DNA of 64,000 nucleotides, from the NCBI GenBank assembly GCA_020249865.1, contig JADCEV010000062.1, positions 530 to 64,529 of the forward strand, given 5' to 3'. This stretch comes from Roseomonas sp. GTDB taxonomy: Bacteria; Pseudomonadota; Alphaproteobacteria; Acetobacterales; Acetobacteraceae. Under the pieces are notes generated by a model. It saw nothing but the letters and a program-made list of their open reading frames with translations. It was not told the origin of the DNA and made no database searches. Below, in pieces: positions 18,117 through 28,187 of this stretch. The position numbers and the translations under genes were made by a program. Numbering within the stretch: position 1 is the first letter of the stretch; each line of letters starts with the position of its first letter.

Positions 18117-19337
18117 TCATTCCGCGGCGGTGAGTGCCGCGCGGCGGCGGCGCGCCAGCCGCCATTCCTGCCCAATCGCCATGATGGCGGTCAGCAATAT
18201 GAAGCCGGCGGTGGTGATGAAGATCAGCCGTGGTTCGCCCGCTTCCAGCAGCCAGCCGAAAAGCGGCGGCCCCACCATGCCGCCGATGTTGAAGCCGGTG
18301 GAAACAATGCCAAACACCGCGCCCGCTTGCCCAGGTGGTGCGGCGGCGCGCACCAGCATATCGCGCGATGGCATGATCATGCCGGTCAGCAAGCCCGCCG
18401 CGATCATGGCGATCACCAGCGCAAAGCCCTGGAAGGTGCCATTGCCGATCAACAGCATCATGCTTGCGGCGGCGATGAAACCAAAGGTTGCGACCAGCCC
18501 ATGGCGCTTGGTCCAATCCGCAATATAGCCGCCCACCAAAACGCCAATCGCACTCGCGAACAGATAGCCGGTCAAAGCCCCATTCGCGAGTTCCAGGGTC
18601 ATGCCCTGCGCCACCCAGGCGGCGACGGAAAAGCTATGGATGCCGCCATTGGCCAGTGCGAGCATGATGAAGAACACCATCATTGCCATCACGGCCGGGG
18701 TCAGCACACGGCGCACGCCGCCCGTTTCGGATGCGCGCTGCGCGGTCGCCGCCGGGCGGGGTTTGGCCGCATCGCGCCGTGCGGCGAATATCAGCGGTAT
18801 CGCAACCAGCGGGCCAACCAGGCCGCCAGCAATCATCGCCCAGGACATGCCACCCAGCGCAGCCACACCCAGCATGAAGGCGGGTGCAATCGCGCCCCCC
18901 AAAAAGCCGCAAGCGGTGTGCAAGGAAAAGGCGCGGCCAACACGGCCTTCGCTGATGTCCGAACCCAGCACGGCATAATCCGCCGGGTGATAAACACTAT
19001 TGGCAAGCCCGGCCATGGCGGCTGCCACCAATAGCATGGGCCAGCTTGGAAACAGCCCAAGCAGAATGAAGGCGGAACCCCCAAACATCAGCGCCGCCGC
19101 CAGCATTTTGCGCGGGCCTATCCGGTCCACCACAAAGCCCATCGGCGCCTGGGTGAAGGCCGAGACAATATTGAACACCGTCAGCGCCAGGCCGAGTTCG
19201 ATATAGGAAACATCGAGCGCTTCACGCAGCAGCGGGAATAGCGGCGGCAGGATCAGGATATGCAAATGGCTGACGAAATGCGCGGCGCAGATTTGCGCCA
19301 GCGTGGTTTTTTCAGCCGCACTCCAGCCCGATGCCAT
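18117..19337 (-). CDS. MFS transporter
   Basis: 12-TM pattern with a DRIGPRK loop motif. The ATG at 19337 lies 2 nt after the polA stop (the track uses TTG at 19343). Confidence 0.8.
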   Translation of the reverse strand: MASGWSAAEKTTLAQICAAHFVSHLHILILPPLFPLLREALDVSYIELGLALTVFNIVSAFTQAPMGFVVDRIGPRKMLAAALMFGGSAFILLGLFPSWPMLLVAAAMAGLANSVYHPADYAVLGSDISEGRVGRAFSLHTACGFLGGAIAPAFMLGVAALGGMSWAMIAGGLVGPLVAIPLIFAARRDAAKPRPAATAQRASETGGVRRVLTPAVMAMMVFFIMLALANGGIHSFSVAAWVAQGMTLELANGALTGYLFASAIGVLVGGYIADWTKRHGLVATFGFIAAASMMLLIGNGTFQGFALVIAMIAAGLLTGMIMPSRDMLVRAAAPPGQAGAVFGIVSTGFNIGGMVGPPLFGWLLEAGEPRLIFITTAGFILLTAIMAIGQEWRLARRRRAALTAAE

Positions 19338-19339
19338 GG

Positions 19340-22216
19340 TCAATGCGCCTCTGCCCAGGAATGGCCTTGTCCGACTTCAACCGAAAGCGGGACGCGGAGT
19401 GTGGCAACCGATTCCATAATGCTCCGCACCAGGGCGGAGGTTGCTTCTACCTCAGCCTCCGGTACCTCAAACACCAATTCATCATGCACTTGCAAAAGCA
19501 TGCGCGCCTTGAGGCCGGCATCGCGCAAGGCGCGCGGCAGGCGCACCATGGCGCGCTTGATGATCTCCGCTGCGCCACCCTGGAAGGGGGCGTTGATGGC
19601 GGCGCGTTCGGCGCCGGCGCGGCGCACCGGGTCACGCGTGGCGATATCCGGAATCCAGAGCTTGCGACCAAAGGGTGTGCGCACAAAACCATGGGTGCGC
19701 GCTTCTTCCTTCAGGCGCTCCATCTCCTGCCTTATGCCCGGATATTGCGCGAAATAGGCATCAATGATGGCGCGGCCTTCGCCCGGTGGAATGCCAAGCC
19801 GCGTCGCCAGGCCAAAGGCAGACATGCCATAGATGATGCCGAAATTGATTGTCTTGGCGCGGCGGCGCGCTTCCTTATCCACCTTGTCGCGCGGAATGCC
19901 GAAGACTTCGGACGCGGTGCGGGCGTGGATGTCTTCGCCTGCCGCGAAGGCTTCGCGCAATGTCGGCACATCGGCCAAATGCGCCAGCAATCTCAGTTCA
20001 ATCTGGCTGTAATCGGCGGCCACCAGCACATGGCCCTTCTCCGCAATGAAGGCACGGCGGATGCGCATGCCTTCTTCACTCCGGATCGGGATATTCTGCA
20101 AATTCGGATCGGTTGACGAAAGCCGCCCGGTCGAGGTGATCGCCATCTGATAGGATGTATGCACGCGCTTATCGGCGGGATCGATCTGCGCGGCCAGGCC
20201 CTCAACATAGGTGGATTTCAGCTTGGCCAATTGGCGCCATTCCAGCACCTTGCCGGCCAATTCAACGCCCTGGACACTAAGTTCTTCCAGCACCGCCGCA
20301 TCGGTGGAATAGGCGCCAGTCTTGCCCTTGCGTCCACCCGATAGCCCCATCTCATCAAACAGGATCTCGCCCAATTGCTTGGGTGAGCCAACATTGAAGG
20401 CGCGTCCCGCAAGCTGATGAATGGCCGCTTCCAGGACCGTGAGGCGCCCCGCGAAATCTTCCCCAATACGCGCCAATTCCGCGCCATCCACCTTCACGCC
20501 GGCGGCTTCCATTTCGCGCAGCACGGGGATCATGCGGCGTTCGATCTGTTCGTAACTCGCCAGCGCGCCATCCGCACGCAAGCGCGGGCGCAGCAGCAGC
20601 CAAAGCCGCAGCGTCACATCCGCATCTTCGGCAGCATAGGCGGTGGCCTTGTCCAGAGGCACTTCGCTGAACAGCATGCGCGCCTTGCCTGTGCCGGTCA
20701 CCTCATCAAAGCTGATCGGCTTATGGCCCAGATGCAGAACCGAAAGCTCATCCATGCCATGACCATGCCGACCGGCTTCCATGGCGTAGGATAGCATCAT
20801 GGTGTCATCAATCGGCGCTATTTCAGCAAAGCCGCCATTCTCGGCCCGCGCCAGCACTTCCAGATCATACTTCGCGTGCTGAAAAACCTTGAGCACGGAT
20901 GCATCGGTGAAAAGCGGCCGCAGCAGGGCAAAGGCGGCATCTGGCGCGATCTGTTCCGGCGCCGGGGCAGCCAGCATATCACCCGTGCTGCCATGGCGGA
21001 TCGGCACGTAACAGGCGCGCCCCGGTGCGATGGAAAGTGAAAACCCAACCATATTGGCGCGGCGCGCATCCAGGCTATCGGTTTCCGTATCCACCGCGAC
21101 CACGCCGGCTTCGCGCGCCAGCGCTACCCAGCGCGCCAAGGCGGCTTCATCAGTCACGCAATCATAGGCGCCAAAGGGCGCCGCAACATTGGGCGTGTCT
21201 GCCGTGGGTGCTTCCGGCGCGGTGGCGCGGCTTGCTGCGCGATGCGGTGCGCCATTCGCGTCGCCAAAACCCATGCGCGCCAGGATGGAACGGAAACCCT
21301 GCGCACGCAGAAAGGCTTCCAGCTTGCCATCGCCCGGTGCCTTGGCCTCCAGCGCGGCAATCTCCAGCGGCAACGGCGCATTGTCATCAAGCGTCACCAG
21401 CCGGCGCGAAATCCGCGCCATTTCGGCGTTTTCCACCAGCGCTTCACGGCGCTTCGGCTGCTTGATCTCGCCCGCGCGCGCCAGCAACGCTTCAAGATCA
21501 CCATATTCGGTGATCAATTGCGCCGCCGTCTTGATGCCAATCCCTGGCACGCCCGGCACATTATCCGTCGCATCCCCGGCCAGCGCCTGCACATCCACCA
21601 CTTTTTCGGGTGCGACGCCGAATTTTTCCATCACCTCCGGCGCACGCAGCGGCTTCTGCTTGATGGGATCGAGCATTTGCACCGCAGGGCGGATCAATTG
21701 CATCAGGTCCTTGTCGGAAGACACAATCGTCACATGACCGCCCGTTGCCTCGAAAGCCTTGGCATAGGCAGCGATCAGATCATCCGCTTCAAACCCTTCC
21801 TGCTCCACGCGCGCGACGCCAAAGGCATCGGTCGCATCGCGGATCAGGCCGAATTGCGGCACCAATTCCGGCGGCGGGTCCGGGCGATGCGCCTTGTAAT
21901 TGGGGTAAATCTGATTGCGGAAAGTATTGCGCCCAGCATCAAACACCACCGCGATGTGGCTTGCAGCGTGCCGCAGCAGGAATTGCGACAGCATATTGGT
22001 GAAGCCGAATACCGCATTCACCGGCGTGCCATCCGGGCGCGTCATTGGCGGCAGCGCATGATAGGCGCGAAAGATATAGCCCGAACCATCCACCAGAATC
22101 AGATGGCGTTCGCCGGGCTTGGTTTCCGGCAGGCCCTCGGCCCCCGCAATCGCCTCGCTCAAGGCTTTGCCATGCGGGCGAGCCGCTTCAGGGCCGGTGC
22201 CGTCTTCAATGGCCAT
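19340..22216 (-). CDS. polA: DNA polymerase I
   Basis: 5' nuclease domain (LILVDGSGYIFRAYHAL), 3'-5' exonuclease domain (VAVDTETDSL), and polymerase motifs DYSQIELR, RRAAKTINFGIIYG and QVHDELVFE. Confidence 0.95.
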   Translation of the reverse strand: MAIEDGTGPEAARPHGKALSEAIAGAEGLPETKPGERHLILVDGSGYIFRAYHALPPMTRPDGTPVNAVFGFTNMLSQFLLRHAASHIAVVFDAGRNTFRNQIYPNYKAHRPDPPPELVPQFGLIRDATDAFGVARVEQEGFEADDLIAAYAKAFEATGGHVTIVSSDKDLMQLIRPAVQMLDPIKQKPLRAPEVMEKFGVAPEKVVDVQALAGDATDNVPGVPGIGIKTAAQLITEYGDLEALLARAGEIKQPKRREALVENAEMARISRRLVTLDDNAPLPLEIAALEAKAPGDGKLEAFLRAQGFRSILARMGFGDANGAPHRAASRATAPEAPTADTPNVAAPFGAYDCVTDEAALARWVALAREAGVVAVDTETDSLDARRANMVGFSLSIAPGRACYVPIRHGSTGDMLAAPAPEQIAPDAAFALLRPLFTDASVLKVFQHAKYDLEVLARAENGGFAEIAPIDDTMMLSYAMEAGRHGHGMDELSVLHLGHKPISFDEVTGTGKARMLFSEVPLDKATAYAAEDADVTLRLWLLLRPRLRADGALASYEQIERRMIPVLREMEAAGVKVDGAELARIGEDFAGRLTVLEAAIHQLAGRAFNVGSPKQLGEILFDEMGLSGGRKGKTGAYSTDAAVLEELSVQGVELAGKVLEWRQLAKLKSTYVEGLAAQIDPADKRVHTSYQMAITSTGRLSSTDPNLQNIPIRSEEGMRIRRAFIAEKGHVLVAADYSQIELRLLAHLADVPTLREAFAAGEDIHARTASEVFGIPRDKVDKEARRRAKTINFGIIYGMSAFGLATRLGIPPGEGRAIIDAYFAQYPGIRQEMERLKEEARTHGFVRTPFGRKLWIPDIATRDPVRRAGAERAAINAPFQGGAAEIIKRAMVRLPRALRDAGLKARMLLQVHDELVFEVPEAEVEATSALVRSIMESVATLRVPLSVEVGQGHSWAEAH

Positions 22217-22433
22217 GATCCTCGCCGGCGCCTTCGGCCAGCACATAGGTGATGGAACAATACGGGCAGGTCACATCATGCCCTTCAATATGCAGCCAGA
22301 TGCGGGGATGGCCGAGGCCAATCGCCGCTTCGCCATCGCAGGCCACCTTGCGGCTATGGACCGTGACGCGCTGTTCGGGCGTGACACCCACCACGGGCTT
22401 CGGGCCATAGCCGGTCATTTGCTGGTCGCGCAT
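22206..22433 (-). CDS. Zinc-finger (zf-CHCC, NDUFS6-like) domain protein
   Basis: 75 aa ending VACDGEAAIGLGHPRIWLHIEGHDVTCPYCSITYVL. It overlaps the polA start by 11 nt. Confidence 0.7.
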   Translation of the reverse strand: MRDQQMTGYGPKPVVGVTPEQRVTVHSRKVACDGEAAIGLGHPRIWLHIEGHDVTCPYCSITYVLAEGAGEDHGH

Positions 22434-22520
22434 CTGGGTCCTCATTTGGCAAATCTTCATCCAATCATACCGGGGAGGCGGGTGATGGACCAGCCTTGCC
22501 CGGCACCCTATCTGACAGCA

Positions 22521-23513
22521 ATGACCATGAAGCCCCTCATAACGTCGCGACGGGCGCTGCTGGCTGGCCTGGCTTTGGCTGGCTGTGCCGAGGCCCGCGC
22601 CCCCATGGGTCCGGTGGTGACCAGGCCCACCGTGCTGGATGATGCTTTGGTCATGGCCGATGGGTTGCGCCTGCCGCTGCATGCCTGGCGCCCGGAAGGG
22701 CCGCCGCGCGCCGTGATGCTCGCCTTGCATGGCATGAATGAATATGGCCGATCCTTTGCCGAGGATGCCGCGCCCTGGTTCACCGCCGCCGGGGTTGCAC
22801 TTTACGCCTATGACCAGCGCGGCTTTGGCGGCGCCGCGCCGCGCGGCGTTTGGCCGGGGCATGAGACCCTGGCGCAGGATGCCATTACCGCGGCTGGGCT
22901 GATGCGCGCCCGCCATCCGGGCCTGCCGCTATTCATGATGGGCGAAAGCATGGGGGGCGCGGTGCTGGTGCTGGCGGGCAGCAAGGCGCCCATGGCGGAT
23001 GGCCTTGTGCTTTCCGCCCCGGCCCTGCGCGGGCGGGCCAGCCTGGCCTGGCAGGCGCGGCTGATGCTGGATACGCTCATGGCCTTGACGCCGGGGCTGG
23101 CGCTTTCTTCCAGCGCGCCGCTGTTTCGCCCGACCGATAATCTCGCCGCCTGGCGCCGTTGGTCCGGCGACCCGCAAGTGCTGAAGCAAACCCGTGTGGA
23201 TGCCGTGGCCGGCCTGGTTGATCTGATGGATGCCGCAACGGCCGCCCTGCCGCGCTTCACCGCCCCTGCCTTGATCCTTTACGGCGCGAAGGATGAGCTG
23301 GTGCCACCCAAGCCGATTCGCGCGGCCCTGGCCCAATTGCCGCGCGGAGCCGCCCAGCGCCTGGCCTTCTACCCGGAAGGCCATCACATGCTGCTGCGTG
23401 ATTTGGGCGGCGCGGCGGTGGCCGGGGATATCCTGGCCTGGATGGCCGATCGCGACGCGCCCTTGCCCAGTGGCGCGGATCAGGCGGCGGCCGCTTGGCT
23501 CGGTTTGGCCTGA
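22521..23513 (+). CDS. Alpha/beta hydrolase lipoprotein (lysophospholipase/monoacylglycerol lipase-like)
   Basis: Lipobox LALAGC after MTMKPLITSRRALLAG. HGMNEYG oxyanion region and the GESMGG nucleophile elbow. Confidence 0.75.
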   Translation: MTMKPLITSRRALLAGLALAGCAEARAPMGPVVTRPTVLDDALVMADGLRLPLHAWRPEGPPRAVMLALHGMNEYGRSFAEDAAPWFTAAGVALYAYDQRGFGGAAPRGVWPGHETLAQDAITAAGLMRARHPGLPLFMMGESMGGAVLVLAGSKAPMADGLVLSAPALRGRASLAWQARLMLDTLMALTPGLALSSSAPLFRPTDNLAAWRRWSGDPQVLKQTRVDAVAGLVDLMDAATAALPRFTAPALILYGAKDELVPPKPIRAALAQLPRGAAQRLAFYPEGHHMLLRDLGGAAVAGDILAWMADRDAPLPSGADQAAAAWLGLA

Positions 23514-23582
23514 GCGGGCTTCCAATCCTGGCCGCGCATGGCATGGTGGGGCAGGTAATTTCCACGAGGGAGGCATAACCCC

Positions 23583-23963
23583 ATGCCGGTCAATGGCCTT
23601 GGCCCCTATGATGAGAGCAATATCTTCGCACGCATCCTGCGCGGCGAAATCCCGGCGAAAAAGGTGCATGAGGATGATCATGTGCTGGCCTTCCATGACA
23701 TCGCGCCCCAGGCGCCGGTGCATGTGCTGGTGATCCCGAAGGGCAAATATGTCTCCATCGCCGATTTCAGCGCGCAAGCGAGTGCGGATGAAATCACAGG
23801 CTTCTGGCGTGCCGTGGGCCAGGTGGCGAAGGGCCTGGGGCTGGAGCCCGATGGCTATCGCGTGCTGATGAATATGGGCATGCATTCCGGCCAGGAAGTG
23901 CCGCATTTTCATGTGCATATCTGTGGCGGGCGCCCCTTAGGGCGTATGATCGCCCAAGCTTGA
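23583..23963 (+). CDS. HIT family protein
   Basis: Histidine triad HFHVHI near the C-terminus. 126 aa. Confidence 0.85.
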   Translation: MPVNGLGPYDESNIFARILRGEIPAKKVHEDDHVLAFHDIAPQAPVHVLVIPKGKYVSIADFSAQASADEITGFWRAVGQVAKGLGLEPDGYRVLMNMGMHSGQEVPHFHVHICGGRPLGRMIAQA

Positions 23964-23985
23964 AACAAACAAGAGGAAGCGCAGC

Positions 23986-25689
23986 GTGATGTTCGATACG
24001 ATTATTGTTGGCGGCGGTTCCGCCGGTTCCGTGCTGGCGCATCGGCTCTCGGCCCGCAGCAACCATAAGGTGCTGCTCTGTGAAGCCGGCCCTGATGCAC
24101 CGCCTGGCGAAGAAGCCAAGGAAATCCGCGACAGCTACCCGGGCACAGCCTATTTCGATCCGCGCTTTCATTGGACGGAACTGCGTGTGCATACGCAAAT
24201 TGTCTCCCACAATAATCCTGGGGAACGCCCGCCCTTGCGCAAATACGAACAGGCGCGGGTTTTGGGCGGCGGTTCTTCGATCAATGGCCAAATGGCCAAT
24301 CGCGGCGCGCCGACCGATTACAATGAATGGGAAGCGCGTGGCGCGACCGGTTGGAATTGGGACGCGGTGCTGCCCTATTTCAAAAAGGTTGAACACGACC
24401 TTGATTTTGATGGTCCCTTCCATGGCAAGGATGGGCGCATCAAGGTGCGCCGCATCAAGCCCGAGAATTGGAACAACCACGCCAAGGCGGCCGCCAAATC
24501 CTTCGCTGCCGCCGGCTTCAAGGCCTTGGAAGACCAGAATGGGTTTTTCGAGGATGGCTATTTCCCCATCACCATTTCCAATGCCGAGGAACAGCGTGTT
24601 TCGGCCGCCATGGGCTATCTGGATCGTGAGACCCGCAAGCGGGAAAACCTGACGATTTCCTGCGAAACCCAGGTGAAGGAATTGATCTTCGAAGACCAGC
24701 GCTGCGTTGGCGTGGTGGCTGTGGTGCGCGGGCAGGAACAGCGCTTCATGGGGCGGGAGATCATCCTGTCCTGCGGCGCCATTCATTCGCCGGCGCATTT
24801 GCTGCGTTCGGGCATCGGCCCCGTTGGGCATTTGCGTGATCTTGGCATTCCGGTACGCATGGCCTTGCCCGGCGTGGGTCAGGGCCTGATGGATCATCCT
24901 TCCATCGCGCTGTCTTCCTTCCTGAAGCGTGGCGCGCGGGTGGATAACCAAACGCGCCGTCATATCCTGCTTGGGCTGCGCTATTCATCCAAGCTGGAAG
25001 GCGTACCGGCGGGGGATATGTTTGCCGCTGTCGTCAGCAAATCCGCCTGGCATGCAGTGGGTGAACAGGTCGCTTCCATGCTGCTTTGGGTCAACAAGAC
25101 CTATTCGGAAAGCGGGCAATTGAAGCTTGCTTCCAGCAATTGGCGCGATGAGCCGATTGTCGAATTCAACCTTCTGTCAGACAAGCGCGATCTTGATCGG
25201 CTGATGAGCGGCTTTCGCATGATGGCCGCGATCCAGATGAGTGATGAGCTTGGCAAGGTCACGGATAATCACTTCCCGGCCAGCTATAGCGACCGCGTGC
25301 GCAAGATTGGCGTGGTGAATGACAAGAACCGCATGCTGACCAATTTGATCAGCCTGGTGCTTGATGGTCCGGCTTTCCTCCGCAAATACTTCATTGACCG
25401 CTTCGTGGTGGAAGGCTTCCGCATTGATCAGGTGCTGACCGATGATGCGGCTTTGGAAGCCTTTATCCGCAAGGCGACGATTGGCGTTTGGCACGCTTCC
25501 TGTTCCTGCCGCATGGGCCGGCCGGAAGACCCGATGTCGGTGGTGGATACCAATGGCCGGGTGAAGGGGATTGAGGGGCTGCGCGTGGTGGATGCCTCAA
25601 TCTTTCCCGTGGTGCCTTGCGCCAATACGAATTTCCCGACCCTGATGTCGGCGGAAAAGATTGCGGACGCGATCATTGCGGGGTACTAA
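23986..25689 (+). CDS. GMC family oxidoreductase (choline dehydrogenase-like)
   Basis: N-terminal FAD motif DTIIVGGGSAGSVLA, GGSSINGQ, and the C-terminal GMC signature LRVVDASIFP. Confidence 0.88.
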   Translation: MMFDTIIVGGGSAGSVLAHRLSARSNHKVLLCEAGPDAPPGEEAKEIRDSYPGTAYFDPRFHWTELRVHTQIVSHNNPGERPPLRKYEQARVLGGGSSINGQMANRGAPTDYNEWEARGATGWNWDAVLPYFKKVEHDLDFDGPFHGKDGRIKVRRIKPENWNNHAKAAAKSFAAAGFKALEDQNGFFEDGYFPITISNAEEQRVSAAMGYLDRETRKRENLTISCETQVKELIFEDQRCVGVVAVVRGQEQRFMGREIILSCGAIHSPAHLLRSGIGPVGHLRDLGIPVRMALPGVGQGLMDHPSIALSSFLKRGARVDNQTRRHILLGLRYSSKLEGVPAGDMFAAVVSKSAWHAVGEQVASMLLWVNKTYSESGQLKLASSNWRDEPIVEFNLLSDKRDLDRLMSGFRMMAAIQMSDELGKVTDNHFPASYSDRVRKIGVVNDKNRMLTNLISLVLDGPAFLRKYFIDRFVVEGFRIDQVLTDDAALEAFIRKATIGVWHASCSCRMGRPEDPMSVVDTNGRVKGIEGLRVVDASIFPVVPCANTNFPTLMSAEKIADAIIAGY

Positions 25690-25707
25690 GGGGGGCGCAT
25701 ATTTTTA

Positions 25708-26496
25708 TTAGGCGGATTTTGCTTTTTCGTATTGGTAAGATCCGCCTTCAATCAGCCTGACGTAGAATTCGTCAATGATTTGTTGGCAGGCGCTAGGTGT
25801 ACCGTCACTAACGCCTTGTCGATATCGTTTTTCGATATCCAGGATTTCATCCTGTGATATTCCACGAAGCACAAGACCCTTCACATTTATTTTCGCGAAC
25901 CGCTTATCGGTAATGAGCGCGAATGGGGGTACATGTCGTTTAATTGCTTCGTTCATGCCGATCATGCAAAGATGACCAATCCTGATCCGCTGATGCACAA
26001 CCGCATGCATTCCAAGATAACAGTTATCGCCAATCTCCACATGGCCGGCCAGGGTGGCATGCATGGCAAATTTATTGCCATTTCCTATCCGACAATCGTG
26101 CGAGACATGGCTGTAGGCCATGAGATAGTTGCGATTTCCAATCACGGTTTCAGGCTCAAAGGTAGAGGCATTTATTGAGCTAAACTCACGCAAGACATTT
26201 TCTGCGCCGATAATCACCGGCCCACCTTCTCCGTGATAATCCGGATGTTGCGCCCTGAGACCAAGGCTTACAAAAGGAGATAATTCGTTGCGCGGACCAA
26301 TACGAATCGGACCCTTCAGCACTGCATGATGTCCGATTTTCGTGCCTTCCCCAATATCCACATCACCTTCGATAATGACATGGTGGCCTATGACGACATT
26401 CGAAGCGATTGTGCCGTGGCCGGAAAGAACGCTCCCATGGCCGATCGTGACATTGTCTCCAAGCGTAAAATTCGGATCAATCAGAGCGGCCGTCAT
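25708..26496 (-). CDS. LpxA-family left-handed beta-helix acyltransferase (paralog outside the lipid A context)
   Basis: 262 aa. It has hexapeptide repeats plus LpxA-specific blocks (SHVSHDCRIGN, ATLAGHVEIGD, VVHQ..RIG, VPPFAL) and an LpxA-like helical C-terminal domain. It lies in the low-GC region. Confidence 0.8.
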   Translation of the reverse strand: MTAALIDPNFTLGDNVTIGHGSVLSGHGTIASNVVIGHHVIIEGDVDIGEGTKIGHHAVLKGPIRIGPRNELSPFVSLGLRAQHPDYHGEGGPVIIGAENVLREFSSINASTFEPETVIGNRNYLMAYSHVSHDCRIGNGNKFAMHATLAGHVEIGDNCYLGMHAVVHQRIRIGHLCMIGMNEAIKRHVPPFALITDKRFAKINVKGLVLRGISQDEILDIEKRYRQGVSDGTPSACQQIIDEFYVRLIEGGSYQYEKAKSA

Positions 26497-26514
26497 GGTA
26501 TGACTTGGCGGCGT

Positions 26515-27633
26515 CTAAGGCTTGGCGAGATTGATTGCGACGGTTTGAACCGCGCGAATGACAGAAGATATGTCCTCATCTGTCATTTCGGGCCAGAGCG
26601 GCAGGCTCAGGCACTCGGCAGCAGCCAGGTCAGCGTTTGTGGCCGTAGTATCATCCGATGCTTGGCGATACGGCGCCTGGCGGCCAGGCGGTATTGGATA
26701 GTGTATCAGTGTTTGTACGCCCAAGGCGGCAAGTTCCTGCTGGAATGCGTCACGCTTGTTGCAGCGTATGACGTATAGATGCCAAGCGGATCGCCTGTTT
26801 GGCGCGATCACAGGCGGCGCAATGCCGGGCAGGTTTTGCATGCCGTGCTGGAAGCGTGCAGCGATTTCGTTCCTGCGAACAACCTTTTCTTCAAGTCGGG
26901 CGAGCTTCACCGACAAAAAGGCGGCCTGTAGCTCATCAAGCCGTGAGTTGGTGCCCGCTTCCTCATGCACGTATTTGACATCCGATCCGTAATTGCGAAG
27001 ACGCCTGATCCGCTTTGCCAATTGGGCATCATTGGTGGTGATCGCACCGCCATCACCAAGCGCTCCAAGGTTTTTGGTGGGATAGAATGAAAACCCCGCG
27101 GCATCGCCCAGGGAACCAGCGCGTATTCCCGCTTCCTCCGCGCCATGAGCCTGCGCTGCATCTTCGATGAGATACAGGTCATGCTTTTCCGCCAAAGCCT
27201 TCAGCGCAGCCATATCGGCCGGCTGACCGAAAAGATGCACGGCAATAATCGCACGTGTGCGATCCGTTATGCGTTGCGCAACTTTTTGCGGATCAAGATT
27301 GAAACTCTGTAGATCAATATCTGCTGCGACCGGCGTTGCGCCACAGGCTGAAACGGCAAGCCATGTTGCGATGAAGGTTTGGCTTGGTACGATAACCTCA
27401 TCGCCAGGACCTATGCCATATCCGCGAAGGATAAGGGTCAAGGCATCAAGACCATTGCCCACGCCAATGGCATGCTCAGCCCCGCAATATTTTGCGAATT
27501 GCGCTTCAAACTGACTGAGCGCTGACCCTTGAATGAAGTAGCCGCCGTCCATCACGGACGCAAAGGCTGAACCGAGTTCCTCGCGTATCTCTTCATGTGC
27601 TCGGGTGAGATCGAAGAAGGCGATGCCGTTCAT
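26515..27633 (-). CDS. DegT/DnrJ/EryC1/StrS family sugar aminotransferase
   Basis: 372 aa. Blocks F.Q.FA.YCGA.HAIGV.NG.DAL and [15 protein letters not shown] (PLP lysine block). Confidence 0.88.
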   Translation of the reverse strand: MNGIAFFDLTRAHEEIREELGSAFASVMDGGYFIQGSALSQFEAQFAKYCGAEHAIGVGNGLDALTLILRGYGIGPGDEVIVPSQTFIATWLAVSACGATPVAADIDLQSFNLDPQKVAQRITDRTRAIIAVHLFGQPADMAALKALAEKHDLYLIEDAAQAHGAEEAGIRAGSLGDAAGFSFYPTKNLGALGDGGAITTNDAQLAKRIRRLRNYGSDVKYVHEEAGTNSRLDELQAAFLSVKLARLEEKVVRRNEIAARFQHGMQNLPGIAPPVIAPNRRSAWHLYVIRCNKRDAFQQELAALGVQTLIHYPIPPGRQAPYRQASDDTTATNADLAAAECLSLPLWPEMTDEDISSVIRAVQTVAINLAKP

Positions 27634-27638
27634 GTGCT

Positions 27639-28139
27639 TCAGCCTCGCGGAAGATTGTAGGGAAAGCCGTGCCGTGTCGCGGTTTCACGGATGAATTCGC
27701 CATAATCGCGGATATAGTCACTTGCGTCGTAATCGGTGCTGGCAAGAACAAGACAAACCGAATTCCCGCTGAAGTTATTCAAGACGCGCCAAACAAAGGG
27801 AACAACCACAAAGCCCAGATGGGCACGACTGAGATGGATCGTCTCCTGACGTAGGCCGTCATCAAGCACAAGATCAAAACTACCGGATAGGGCAATGAAA
27901 ACCTGGGTCAACTGGCGATGCGCATGGCCGGCACGTTCAGCACCACTTGGGATATCATAAAGATAATAGACGCGCCTTATGTCGAAGGGCACATGACGCC
28001 CGCCTTCGGCAAAACTCAGATTACCGCGATAGTCATTGACCGACGGCATATCAATCCAATGGCAGCGATTAAGCGGGCTTTCTACCCTGGGTGCCTGACT
28101 TGCCCTCAAGGCATTCGCCGTTTCGCTATTTGGATTCAT
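27639..28139 (-). CDS. FdtA/WxcM-like sugar 3,4-ketoisomerase (cupin)
   Basis: Blocks [32 protein letters not shown] and LVLAS..YD.SDYI.DY. Confidence 0.8.
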   Translation of the reverse strand: MNPNSETANALRASQAPRVESPLNRCHWIDMPSVNDYRGNLSFAEGGRHVPFDIRRVYYLYDIPSGAERAGHAHRQLTQVFIALSGSFDLVLDDGLRQETIHLSRAHLGFVVVPFVWRVLNNFSGNSVCLVLASTDYDASDYIRDYGEFIRETATRHGFPYNLPRG

Positions 28140-28187
28140 AACACCCCCATGTCGCTACCGATACTTTTGTAGGCCTTGCAATAATCT

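Noticed and set aside
19331-22252. Long plus-strand ORFs antisense to polA (19331-20116, 21242-22252, and others). Similar long antisense ORFs occur elsewhere: 23794-24963, 30279-31286, 54550-55680, 58490-59764 and 60448-61968.
   Set aside because: They lie entirely inside well-supported genes on the other strand. Their products are Arg/Ala/Gly/Pro-rich and of low complexity, with no recognisable motifs. This is the usual stop-codon-poor antisense artefact of high-GC DNA. The 58490-59764 ORF even runs across a tRNA gene.
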